Assembly: GCA_050179755.1 (NCBI GenBank)
Contig: JBFXEV010000001.1
Span: 143,881-207,880 of the forward strand
Length of the DNA stretch: 64,000 bases
From: Candidatus Babeliales bacterium
Lineage (GTDB): Bacteria > Babelota > Babeliae > Babelales > JBFXEV01
Direction of reading: 5' to 3'
The first letter of the stretch is position 1. Every line of letters begins with the position of its first letter. The position numbers were made by a program, and so were the translations under genes. The notes under the pieces were generated by a model, which saw only the letters and a list, made by a program, of their open reading frames with translations, was not told where the DNA came from and ran no database searches. This document shows, piece after piece, positions 9,084-19,064 of this stretch.

Positions 9084-10389
9084 GAATCTTTCTTGTTTGT
9101 TCTTTATACAATTCTACATGTGGCTGATCAAAAGGATTGACATGTAGTAAAAAGCCAAGATACATCATTTCAATCATATACATTTCAAGCACTTGACCTA
9201 CATAATACGCACTTAATTGCGGAATTACTAATTCCAGATATGGCCGCGCCTCTTTAGCATATGCTGCAAGCACGCCATCAAACATAGCTGCCATAAGTGT
9301 TGAAAACTTTTTATTCTGAATATGCGGCACTAATTTCTCATATTCTGGCAATGCTGGCACACAAACTGCGTGTGCAGAATCGGTAGCACGTGCAAAAGTA
9401 ATAAGTCTGTCTGATGGACCTCCAAGATATAATTGCCCTACCGAATGCAAATCAGTAGTGCCACAAGATGCCGTTGGCGTGATGCCCACATGCACTTCTT
9501 TGCCACCATGCGTCGCTGTTTTGCCTAAGCTTTCCCCCATTAATTGGCGATACCATTGCGCTATGCCGTAGAGTGATTGCCCAAACACAAAAAAATCATG
9601 CTGCCTAATGCCCTGCTCGTAATACAGATATTTTATTATAGCGCTCAATGCCGCCTGATTTTCATGAACATTTTCTTGTGTTGCTGTATCAACCATATCG
9701 CGCGCACCGCGCATGAGTGCAGCAGTATCAATGCCTAGTAAACCCAAGGGGAACAAGCCCACGCTTGAAAGCACTGAATATCTGCCTCCTACTTTTTCTG
9801 GAATTTCAAGGCAAGTAAATCCTTCTTGCTGTGCCACGTGCCATAATTTTGATTGATAATTTGTGGTGACTACAATAGATTTTTTATATTCAAAAGGATT
9901 AAACTTTTTAAGCAATTCTAGAAACAGCATAAAATTAGCTATAGTTTCTGTGGTAGTCCCGGACTTGGTTACTACATTCAAAATAATTTGTTCTTTGCAT
10001 TGTAATGCATTTTTGACCAGTTCTTGCAAGGTATAGACATACTCACTATCAACCGATTCCAAGAAATATACTTTGAGTTCCGGACTTGTTTGATTATAGA
10101 GCACACCTTGCAATGCTTGATGCACAGCGAGCGTACCTAAATTTGAGCCCCCAATGCCAATCACCACAAGTATTGTTGGTTTTAATGCTTTCTTTTCGTT
10201 GATAACGCGATGGATAGCATCATAACGTTCTTGATCAGAAGGAAGGTTAATTGACGAATAATCAGTAGTATACTGCGTTGTACGCGCTGCTTGGATGCGC
10301 TTTATTTCTGGGTGAAGCTTTCTTGCTATACGCTCGATATCAGTTTCTTTAACACGCGAGCCTTTGATGTTAATTGAAAGTTGTTTCAT
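9070..10389 (-). CDS. pgi: Glucose-6-phosphate isomerase
   Basis: GIGGSNLG, TKSGTTTET, VGGRYSVLS, QLMGESLGK, DLHSVGQ, PFDQPHVELYK. Confidence 0.93.
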   Translation of the reverse strand: MKQLSINIKGSRVKETDIERIARKLHPEIKRIQAARTTQYTTDYSSINLPSDQERYDAIHRVINEKKALKPTILVVIGIGGSNLGTLAVHQALQGVLYNQTSPELKVYFLESVDSEYVYTLQELVKNALQCKEQIILNVVTKSGTTTETIANFMLFLELLKKFNPFEYKKSIVVTTNYQSKLWHVAQQEGFTCLEIPEKVGGRYSVLSSVGLFPLGLLGIDTAALMRGARDMVDTATQENVHENQAALSAIIKYLYYEQGIRQHDFFVFGQSLYGIAQWYRQLMGESLGKTATHGGKEVHVGITPTASCGTTDLHSVGQLYLGGPSDRLITFARATDSAHAVCVPALPEYEKLVPHIQNKKFSTLMAAMFDGVLAAYAKEARPYLELVIPQLSAYYVGQVLEMYMIEMMYLGFLLHVNPFDQPHVELYKEQTRKILAHE

Positions 10390-10609
10390 TAAAGACTAAC
10401 TCCCTTTTAATGATTATTACTATGAATGTATCCATTGTAGCACGTAATAACTTTAAAACGGAATAGGGATGTAAAATAAACCTAACTTTAAAATATTTAT
10501 GGGAAATTGACAGAAAAGCATAAACAACCATTTGACATATACAAATTGCTCATTAGTTTAAGAGTTAAAACAGTATCAAGTAACCTGTTCAATATCTTAA
10601 GGAGAATAC

Positions 10610-12901
10610 ATGAGCAAATATTTCAAACCACAACACATATTACTCGGTCTTATTGCGTCTTTTGCATCAACCATCAAAAGCGAGCACGCATGCGCACCCT
10701 TAGTTTGTGCAAGTGTAGTAAAGGCAGGTAAAGTAATAACTGACCAACTGATTGTCACTAATCCTACCATTGATGGCTGTGCAGTGCATACAATCACTCA
10801 GGCTGATTTTTTGCAAAATGGCACCTTAAGTAAAACCCTAATAATAACTGAACCAGGCTACTATAAATTTTGTGAAAACATAGATTTTGTAGCGCTTACA
10901 CAATTTGGTGCAGCGGTTATCATTGACACTGACGATATGGTTCTTGATTTGAATGGAAAGGTATTAAACCAAGCAAATAGTCCTACTATTAGTACTAGAA
11001 CCTCACACAGAGTTCCTGGTGTTCCTAGTTCAATTACGGGCATTATAGTCAACACTGGTCATAATAATGTAACAATCCTAGGCAACTATGGAGCAGTAAC
11101 TAACTTCTCACAACGTGGCATTTACGTGCAAGGTGGCAATAATAATATAACTATTGGAAATGACACACAACTGCTTATTACCGGTTGCGGCCATGGCACC
11201 CCCGTGAGCTTTGTTGATCAGACTAATAGTGGCGAGCAAGCAGTATTACAAGCTGGCTTACAAGTAGGAGAAATGCAATTCTTAACACCGTTCGGCTTTG
11301 AACCATCAAATGGTTTACTTAAAGGGCTCTCAGTAAGAAATGTTATTTTATCCGAGAACAATGCAGGATGTGCATTGGGTGATGGTTCAAACTACTTCTT
11401 TAACGATTGCACTATGTCATTCAATAGAGATACGCGACCAGTATGGCCAACTATCGGATATGGCTATTTTGGTTCAACTTTGGGAGCTGTCGTTTGCTAC
11501 GGATTGGCTTATTTTTCTAATCCCGATGGTTTGGGAATTGAAACACTTCAATTTGATAACTGTGACTTCAACTCAAATGTAGCTGATGCATCGATTGATC
11601 CTGAAACTTTTTCTGCGTATTGCGATAGCTTTAACGTTGCCGTCAATTTTTCTAACTTAAAAATATCCAATTGCCGTTTTAATAATAACAATGCAAAATT
11701 ACAGCAAAGAACGGATGTTACTCAATTCAATCAAACACGTGGTTGTGTAATCGGGGGTGGCACGGACATACTTCTGCAAGATTCAGAATTCTCAAACAAC
11801 CTAGGTGGTGGCTTAGTTGATGGATTAAACATCAGCGGTAAAATTCCTGTAAATAGCACCGCACAAGTCATTTCTCAACCAAAATCATTCACTATTAGAA
11901 ACTGCATATTCTCAAACAATAAAGCAAGCACCAATGGTGCCGTTATTGCAAATCCGGGAACTGCTGGATCAGGCAGCCAGGGAGCAATTGGCCAAAAAGC
12001 ACTTGATGTCGTAGGTTGCGTTATCAGATTCCCTCATGGCCTTTCTATGATTGATTGTGTAATTGAAGATAACACTGCCGAAATTCTTTCTACAGAAACT
12101 GATTACTTAGTATATACTGATGGAATCTTACTATTTGCAGATAATAATTTCCCTGATAGCCCAACAAACAACGTGGAAATTCGTGGCGCTAAAATATCCC
12201 GTAACAGAAATAATGGGGTACAAGGCACCTCCGCAGGGATAACTACATTAGATGGTCTTTGTGAAAATATTACTATCGTCGATTCGGTAATTACTGAAAA
12301 CAGCTTCCCTAATTATCAACCAAATTTCTTTGCGGCTGGTATTGATATTACTGGGATGACGCGAACACGCCCATCATTAGTATCAGTTATTAATTGTATT
12401 ATTAATAATCATGCATCGGCAGGTATCTTCACCTCATTACAACAAACCAATATTCAAGGCAATACCATTTCATTTAATACGTGGGGTGTAATATTAGGCT
12501 CATTCCAAGAAGAAGATGGTGGACCTATCGGTTATCCAATCGGCTCAAGCGTTCTTAATAATACGTTTTTAGGTAATGGCACAGCAGTTGAGGATCAACC
12601 AAGCCAAGCACTACCACCAGTATATAGCACCTCTCTTGTATCTAACAATCTAGCCTTTAATAATGAGCTAGGATACTTGGTGACCTATGAAGGCGATGTT
12701 TCTGTGCCAGTTGAATTTGGTACATTATCAGCATTTCCACCATACCCGCCATCAGTATTAGCTTCAAACATTGAAATTGTTCCAAATCCTGCAAACCAAT
12801 TCATTAGTGCAATTAGTTCACAAGATGCTTGTAAGGCTAAAAACGAAATTCAAGCATGCACTGGTACAAATAAAACCAAGAAAGCAAGAAGAAGCAAATA
12901 A
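10610..12901 (+). CDS. Large secreted right-handed parallel beta-helix (pectin-lyase-like fold) protein
   Basis: Signal peptide; ITEPGYY..ENI, LDLNG, repeated IxNCxFxNN strands; AAGGAG SD. Confidence 0.8.
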   Translation: MSKYFKPQHILLGLIASFASTIKSEHACAPLVCASVVKAGKVITDQLIVTNPTIDGCAVHTITQADFLQNGTLSKTLIITEPGYYKFCENIDFVALTQFGAAVIIDTDDMVLDLNGKVLNQANSPTISTRTSHRVPGVPSSITGIIVNTGHNNVTILGNYGAVTNFSQRGIYVQGGNNNITIGNDTQLLITGCGHGTPVSFVDQTNSGEQAVLQAGLQVGEMQFLTPFGFEPSNGLLKGLSVRNVILSENNAGCALGDGSNYFFNDCTMSFNRDTRPVWPTIGYGYFGSTLGAVVCYGLAYFSNPDGLGIETLQFDNCDFNSNVADASIDPETFSAYCDSFNVAVNFSNLKISNCRFNNNNAKLQQRTDVTQFNQTRGCVIGGGTDILLQDSEFSNNLGGGLVDGLNISGKIPVNSTAQVISQPKSFTIRNCIFSNNKASTNGAVIANPGTAGSGSQGAIGQKALDVVGCVIRFPHGLSMIDCVIEDNTAEILSTETDYLVYTDGILLFADNNFPDSPTNNVEIRGAKISRNRNNGVQGTSAGITTLDGLCENITIVDSVITENSFPNYQPNFFAAGIDITGMTRTRPSLVSVINCIINNHASAGIFTSLQQTNIQGNTISFNTWGVILGSFQEEDGGPIGYPIGSSVLNNTFLGNGTAVEDQPSQALPPVYSTSLVSNNLAFNNELGYLVTYEGDVSVPVEFGTLSAFPPYPPSVLASNIEIVPNPANQFISAISSQDACKAKNEIQACTGTNKTKKARRSK

Positions 12902-12924
12902 TTTAATAACGTAATAATGGCAAA

Positions 12925-12966
12925 AATGTGGTAGGTGGAGCGCAATCGCACTGCACCTACCACATT
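12925..12966. terminator. Strong hairpin after the beta-helix gene, likely terminator
   Basis: 13-bp perfect stem AATGTGGTAGGTG / CACCTACCACATT; T-tract on the minus strand. Confidence 0.6.
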
Positions 12967-13011
12967 AGCTACGCGATTCACACTGCCAATAGCATAAAGG
13001 GTCCTTAGGAA

Positions 13012-13155
13012 GTGAATAAGAATACGCAAGCAATACTCTTCTTGGCTGCAGTTTCTTTTTACGCACACAGCATGAATCAGCCTAATCATATAGAACCTCA
13101 AGCAGCTATCTACAAAAAATGGTCAACCTCCAAACGAGTTACTCCACACGTATAA
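13012..13155 (+). pseudogene. Short leader-bearing ORF, probably a truncated secreted protein
   Basis: GTG start: VNKNTQAILFLAAVSFYAHS-MNQPNH..(47 aa); an open frame continues shifted to about 13259. Confidence 0.4.
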
Positions 13156-13307
13156 AATGTCCTAACGGTAACTATGTGATTGAGGAGACAGTAATCCTCT
13201 ATATAAACCTATACCGTGCTTGGCGAGCGGAAATTATACAAACTAGCAGAGCCAGGTAAATATTGGCTATTCATCAAGGAGATATGACTATTAGGGTGAC
13301 TAAATAA

Positions 13308-13874
13308 TTATCTTACAAGCTCATGGCACGGGCAATCAACATTCACAAGATCAACGGCTTTTTGGCCAAACGCATTTTCCATGTGACGATCTGCACCGGC
13401 CTTTAATAATCTCTCCACCACCGCCTGTAATCCAAAATTAGCTGCAAGCATAAGCGCTGATTGGCCACCAATATTTTGCGCATTCACGTTGGCGCCTTTT
13501 TCAATTAAAAGGTAAACCATTTGTTCAACTTGTGCAGCATCTTGATTATTTGCATACGATAATATTGCAGCGATGAGTGGCGTCATTTTTTGACGATCAG
13601 CAGCATTAGGATCAGCTCCTTTTTCAAGAAGTAACACAAAAAGTTCTATATGTGATTGAAGTGCTGCATTAATGAGAGGGGTTTTGCCCCCTACATCAAT
13701 GCTATTTACCCCAACTCCTTGAGATAGAAGTTCTTCAATTTTCTGTACATCACCTTTAAAAGCAGCATGCACAATAGCCGACGACTCATTGATCATCAAA
13801 TCGCTTCGCTCATTAACAGCCCCTGCAGAAGCTGGGATAATAAACCCAAGTAGTACTCCATAATGCTTCTTCAT
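13308..13874 (-). CDS. Secreted ankyrin repeat protein
   Basis: GKTPLINAA, LLEKGADPN, TPLIAA, GANVNAQN, GQSALMLAA; AAGGAG before ATG 13874. Confidence 0.92.
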   Translation of the reverse strand: MKKHYGVLLGFIIPASAGAVNERSDLMINESSAIVHAAFKGDVQKIEELLSQGVGVNSIDVGGKTPLINAALQSHIELFVLLLEKGADPNAADRQKMTPLIAAILSYANNQDAAQVEQMVYLLIEKGANVNAQNIGGQSALMLAANFGLQAVVERLLKAGADRHMENAFGQKAVDLVNVDCPCHELVR

Positions 13875-14056
13875 ATTCACTCCTTTATTTAATGCCAAGC
13901 TGAATTGTCATAACAAAAAATAATGTAATAACACAACGCATCTTGCCATTTACATATTATCAAATAGTGAAGAGCTATAGCAATATTCCCACATTTTAGA
14001 TACATTAAAAAGAGGCGAATGCCAATTTCATAAATTCCTTTTTCAGTCAAAAAATT

Positions 14057-15754
14057 ATGCGCCAAGGATTTTACTTGTTTAATTATTTCTTTTTCTTCTG
14101 TAGCATACTCTGCACTACCACCAATCTATGGTGCATGCGAACCCAGCCATTTTTTAAAGTTGTTACAACTAATGATGGCAAAGAATATATGGCCCATCCT
14201 AAATTATTTGCAGCTTGTAACTCTGTTGTTCCTATCGACCCTACTGAACATATTTTTCCACTGAAAACGGTTTCAAGTACAGAATGGGAACCATTCGAGG
14301 CTTGTTTACAAGCATTATTTAAAGAAGAAAGGACTATGCAACCTGCACAACAGCGCTCCTTAGGCGTGATTATAGGAGAGCAAGCTACCAATAAAAAAAG
14401 AGCTCGCGATATACTTGCAGTAGCGCATTTATTTGGTCATGATCAACTTGTAGATGCCACCATGCAACTATGGGCAGATCGCAATTATGGCATGCCAGAG
14501 CAAATTTCTAGTGATTCGCTACCGCATGAACTGGTCTACGATTTGCCAGCTGATGCACAAGAAGGGATAGCTCAAAAGGTACTTTATAGTACGCCTTTAG
14601 ACCAAAAGTTACCAAAATGGGTAATAAAAATGAACATAAAACCGCGCACCATAAAACTTACACAGAGTTTATGGTCATGCGCAGCAAATAAACATTCTCA
14701 AGTTGCTGTAGGCTGCGTGGATGGTACAATTACCATTCTTGCTGATGAAACTGTTCAACGAAATTTTCCGGCGCATACCAAAGAAGTAAGCGATCTTCAC
14801 TTTTGCCCCGATGGCAACTTTTTATTTTCTGCAGCGCAAGACAGCGTAATCAAAGTGTGGAATGCACAACAAGAATTTGCATTCGTTCGTGAATTTCAAT
14901 TAAACAAACCGACACTTCCTTTTTCTATAGCGCTTAATACTCAAAATACGTTAATTGCAACACCACTTGACCAGGGTATACGCGTATTTGATGCCAACAC
15001 CGATGATATTAACTTTATACTAAATCCAAATAGTAAATCAGCCACCGTTATTTTTGACCAAACAGGTGCGCGCTTGATTGCAGATGCGCAACAAAGTACT
15101 ATTGCAATTTTCAATGTACAAACAGGAATACAGGAAGCAGCACTTGAAATCCAACAAAATATACCTCAGCGATTGCAATGTAATGCGCAAAATTCTTTGC
15201 TTGCAGCCGGTATGAAATCTGGCCTTATATTTTTATGGAACCTTTCTGATTTTAGCTTACAAGCAACCTTTAATGCGCATGCAAATAAAATTTGGGCGAT
15301 CGAATTTAGCCCTTGTAGTAGATTTTTATTCACGGCTTCTACAGATAAAACCGTTAAGATTTGGGATCTAGTCACCGTTAAATGTATAAAAACCTTTAAC
15401 GTTAACACCGCCGTACATGATATGCGCCTTACCCCAGATTTAGAACTTATTATAGCGTGCAAAAACCGTGCCCTAAAATTCATTCCCATTAAAGACTTTC
15501 TTAAACAATATCAAAAACACTGCCATTATTTTAAAAACAAGACTACACTTGCACAGGCTCTTTTAATTCAAGAAGCTTTTACCAGAAAACAAGATAACCC
15601 GCTTGTGTTGACACCCGAAGCTAGAGCAACATTAAGCACATTTGATCCAATTATTAAGGCTTTACTTCAAAAAGAATTACCATTCCAAAAAGCAACAAAG
15701 AAAAAAAGGAAAACAGAAGATGAAAAAGATGCAGATTACGTTCCAGACAATTAA
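14057..15754 (+). CDS. Secreted Skp1/BTB-like plus WD40-repeat protein
   Basis: Signal peptide (LWC-M); VVTTNDGKEY..FPLKTV..ILAVAHLFGHDQLVD; WD40 repeats (AHTKEV..IKVWN, AHANKIW..VKIWD); KKKRK tail. Confidence 0.85.
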   Translation: MRQGFYLFNYFFFFCSILCTTTNLWCMRTQPFFKVVTTNDGKEYMAHPKLFAACNSVVPIDPTEHIFPLKTVSSTEWEPFEACLQALFKEERTMQPAQQRSLGVIIGEQATNKKRARDILAVAHLFGHDQLVDATMQLWADRNYGMPEQISSDSLPHELVYDLPADAQEGIAQKVLYSTPLDQKLPKWVIKMNIKPRTIKLTQSLWSCAANKHSQVAVGCVDGTITILADETVQRNFPAHTKEVSDLHFCPDGNFLFSAAQDSVIKVWNAQQEFAFVREFQLNKPTLPFSIALNTQNTLIATPLDQGIRVFDANTDDINFILNPNSKSATVIFDQTGARLIADAQQSTIAIFNVQTGIQEAALEIQQNIPQRLQCNAQNSLLAAGMKSGLIFLWNLSDFSLQATFNAHANKIWAIEFSPCSRFLFTASTDKTVKIWDLVTVKCIKTFNVNTAVHDMRLTPDLELIIACKNRALKFIPIKDFLKQYQKHCHYFKNKTTLAQALLIQEAFTRKQDNPLVLTPEARATLSTFDPIIKALLQKELPFQKATKKKRKTEDEKDADYVPDN

Positions 15755-17489
15755 ACAAAATCTACTGGGCATACTATTCATCATTTCTTGCACAACAATG
15801 CCCTTGCACCAAGTTGATGGCACAATCACATGCTTTAGTAACGGCAAGCCAGTTTCACACCTTAAAACCACGTTGCAAACAGGACAACAACAAGTCATTG
15901 TAAAAACTAAAATATTAATGCCTTGTCTTGCACTAGCAGTACATATTGAAGAAGGGCAGGAGGTCATTCCATTACCCAACATACCACCATTTGAGCTTCT
16001 TCATGTAGCAGCATGCCTGCAAGCGCATTATGAACTTATGCACGCTCGTTCAAAAGAAGAATATCAAGGAAAACGCCAACAACTTGATGCACAGCTTAAT
16101 TCAGAAGAAAAAGTTCACACAGCGCTTATGGCAGCAAATTATTTAGATCATAAAGATCTGCGTGCTCGATGCGCATCCCTTTGGGCCACTAAAAATTACT
16201 CGCGCTCATTTATGCAAGCTACGCCTGACGAAGTTGAATTTGAAATTGCACAGCGAAAACTTGAACAAACATCACTCCATGACGATATTGCCTATTGGAT
16301 GGCTCAAAAAACTTGGATCAACCCCACAAGGACACTTAATCATAAGAACCGGTCAGTTTGGTCACTGGCTTCCAATAGCTCTGGCACGCAAGTTGCCGTT
16401 GGCGATTACTTGGGAAAAATTAGAGTATATGAGCAGGATCAAAAAGAACCTAGTATTAGCATACAAGCACATGCTACTGCCATCACTGATATAGCATTTA
16501 ACGAAGATGATACTTTGGTAGCCACTTGTGCAAGAGATGGCTCACTTCGTTTTTGGGATATTGAAACTAAAGCACAAAAATCGCAACTTGACAGCGACCA
16601 TCCGCTTGCCCCCTATGCCTTTAAAACGCATTACAACACAGAGCAAATTGCCTATGATGAAGGATCTAACATTATAGTCGTAAACCCCGCCAATGACACA
16701 GAAAAAGTACTTGAAGGCCATAGTGATTATATTTGCTCTCTTGCTTTTAATAGTGAAGGCACCATGCTTGCATCAGGGGGGGAAGACTGCTCCATAAAAC
16801 TCTGGGATCTTTCCACTGGTGCGTGCATGGCAACATTAATTTCTCATACAGAATCGGTGGCTTGCGTACAATTTAGCCCTGATGACAGTTTACTTGCAGC
16901 AGGATCTATGGATGCTAGTATTTCTCTCTATGATGTTTCAACGCAAGAATTAGTTACAAAACTTGAAGGCCATAAGAACAAAGTTTGGTCGGTAATTATT
17001 TCAAACGATAATCAATTTTTATATTCTGCCTCAGTTGATGGCTCGATTAAAATCTGGCATTTGCCTACTGCGCGCTTGATTAAAAATTTAGTGACTTTTC
17101 CACGTACCCAGCTGCATGCAATGGTTTTGCAACCCAATGGCAGATTAGTTACTGCAGCATTAAATGGAGATATACAATTTTGGGATATCCCTACAATAAT
17201 CCATCCCATACAAGCGCTGCAAAAGTATATGCAAAGCGACAGAAGTTTTGATCAAGCCCAATTGATTGTTGATGCTTATGATGCACCTCAAAAAGAGCCT
17301 CTTGATTGTTCAACAAAGCGTGAACGAGCAAGAGCTTTTGAAACACTTAGACCTGAAATGCAAGACTTACTTATACACAACTTGCATGTAAAGCCCCCAA
17401 AGAAAAGAGTAAAATCAAGAAAGAAAGGTTCACAAAATAGTTCATCACGCAAACGCGCTACCGCTGATGCAATTGAGCCATTCAAGTAA
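15720..17489 (+). CDS. Skp1/BTB-like plus WD40-repeat protein, paralog of the upstream gene
   Basis: Likely start ATG 15720; VIPLPNI and ALMAANYLDHKDL match Skp1 motifs; GH..WD repeats; basic tail PPKKRVKSRKK..RKR. Confidence 0.88.
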   Translation: MKKMQITFQTIKQNLLGILFIISCTTMPLHQVDGTITCFSNGKPVSHLKTTLQTGQQQVIVKTKILMPCLALAVHIEEGQEVIPLPNIPPFELLHVAACLQAHYELMHARSKEEYQGKRQQLDAQLNSEEKVHTALMAANYLDHKDLRARCASLWATKNYSRSFMQATPDEVEFEIAQRKLEQTSLHDDIAYWMAQKTWINPTRTLNHKNRSVWSLASNSSGTQVAVGDYLGKIRVYEQDQKEPSISIQAHATAITDIAFNEDDTLVATCARDGSLRFWDIETKAQKSQLDSDHPLAPYAFKTHYNTEQIAYDEGSNIIVVNPANDTEKVLEGHSDYICSLAFNSEGTMLASGGEDCSIKLWDLSTGACMATLISHTESVACVQFSPDDSLLAAGSMDASISLYDVSTQELVTKLEGHKNKVWSVIISNDNQFLYSASVDGSIKIWHLPTARLIKNLVTFPRTQLHAMVLQPNGRLVTAALNGDIQFWDIPTIIHPIQALQKYMQSDRSFDQAQLIVDAYDAPQKEPLDCSTKRERARAFETLRPEMQDLLIHNLHVKPPKKRVKSRKKGSQNSSSRKRATADAIEPFK

Positions 17490-18317
17490 TTCTTTGTAAC
17501 CAAATTTTAAAGCCCACATATACGCTGTGTGGCCTAAGTTATTTGGCACATCAATCAATTCACTGAATGCCTGTTTATTATTTGTTGCCTCATAGACGTC
17601 GTTAAGTAGAGTAAGTATATATCGTTCTTTATGTTCTAATTGCATATCATAAGGCAATGCACATGAATACATAATAAGGCCATGCACAATCGTATTACCC
17701 AGCTGATCACGTAAACTAAACAATTGTTCTTCTTGCATGTATTTGAGTAGATTACTCACCATGCTGAAACTACCATTCCTTAAATTGCGCCACAGGTTGT
17801 GAGGATCTTTAAGCATTTCATACGTTTCCCATTCATATCCAAGTAATATTTGGCGAAAGGCTTTATCTTCTACGTAATCTCGTGCAGTTTTACCATATAT
17901 ATCTTTTATGCGTGGATCGGCACCAAACATATAGAGATATGCAGCAATATCCTGATATCCTTTTTGTACTGCATGAGTAAACACTGTTTGCCAATGAACA
18001 TCTCGGCTAGTAACGTAATACTTATCAAAATCTACTTTCTTTAAAATCGTATCAATTGTTTGTTCAATACCTTCTTTTTTTTCTTTTGGAGTATGTGTAG
18101 CATCAAGGGTATCAGCATGGTGCACTGCTGCAATTAACAATGTATATTCATGTTCATCTTTTGCTTTTTTTACATCATAATATTTTGATGCGTTAATAAG
18201 TTCACATGCCTCTTTGTAATGCCCTTCTTGAAAAAGCGTAAACGCCGTATGTACTTCTATTTTTGGGTTCATTATACCAAGGGATACTAAAAGGGAAATT
18301 AATAATTCATGCAACAT
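17445..18317 (-). CDS. Ankyrin repeat protein
   Basis: YTLLIAAV, GADPRIKDIYGKTARDY, DQLGNTIVH, NNLGHTAYMWA; AAGGAG SD. Confidence 0.85.
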   Translation of the reverse strand: MLHELLISLLVSLGIMNPKIEVHTAFTLFQEGHYKEACELINASKYYDVKKAKDEHEYTLLIAAVHHADTLDATHTPKEKKEGIEQTIDTILKKVDFDKYYVTSRDVHWQTVFTHAVQKGYQDIAAYLYMFGADPRIKDIYGKTARDYVEDKAFRQILLGYEWETYEMLKDPHNLWRNLRNGSFSMVSNLLKYMQEEQLFSLRDQLGNTIVHGLIMYSCALPYDMQLEHKERYILTLLNDVYEATNNKQAFSELIDVPNNLGHTAYMWALKFGYKELLEWLNCISGSAFA

Positions 18318-18466
18318 TTTTTAACTCCTTATTATCGTTATTTACACTCTTATTTTAACAAATGAAGGTTTTATTGGACAATAATTAAATTATGTTTGAT
18401 TGTTTTATGTTTTGATGCCAACAACGGTTACGTAGAAGTGCACCCGTTCATATACAATAGTTTATT

Positions 18467-18858
18467 GCTGGGCCACTACGCGTGGCAGCGCGCCCATCTT
18501 TTGGGTTGCCAAAAGATGGCGGAGAAAAACAAACTAGGAGGCATGCTATCCTCCTAGTTACCTCCCATAAGGTCTTTGCCGATTACTACTGTTATATTCT
18601 CTCTTGTTACTTTTTTCTTTGGATGTTCATTGTCAATATAACTTCCTAATTATTTGTGAGCCAGTTGACATCCATCCACCCACACAGAAATATGCATAGA
18701 AATTAAAATTAAGCGACGGCGAGATTTAACCAAGATGATTTAATAATCTAGTTGATAAGGTATGGGGAGCAGCGAGGGATAGCATGCCCTCGCTTGCTTT
18801 TTGCACCCTTTTTGGCACCAAAAAGGCGTGCGCCCGCCGCGGCGTAAGCGGCACCAGC
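18467..18858. mobile_element. Non-coding element with inverted three-hairpin arms, copy A (MITE/REPIN-like)
   Basis: Left and right arms are imperfect inverted copies; 18656-18858 is closely similar to 47168-47366. Confidence 0.7.
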
Positions 18859-19064
18859 GAAAAACAATTGTACAGATAAAGACTTTTTCTAAATACAGAA
18901 TAAAACAGAATGCTTCTATGCCCTTCTTATGCTGATCGATACCGCCCAAAACAAACACTAAGAGCATAAGTGTCCAGGTTGTTCAAATCTATTTCACCAT
19001 TATACCATTGCCCCTAAAACACTGATTCCTATATACTAAAAGTAAAGGGGAAAAGGAGATTATA

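Noticed and set aside
17445..17489. 45-bp convergent overlap of the WD40 and ankyrin genes
   Set aside because: Short 3' overlaps are common in this window (also 44980-44990, 51192-51214, 63094-63099); no special function evident
18740..18967. 75-aa ORF resembling the ORFs at 47100..47377
   Set aside because: Similarity comes from the shared non-coding repeat; frames are not preserved between copies
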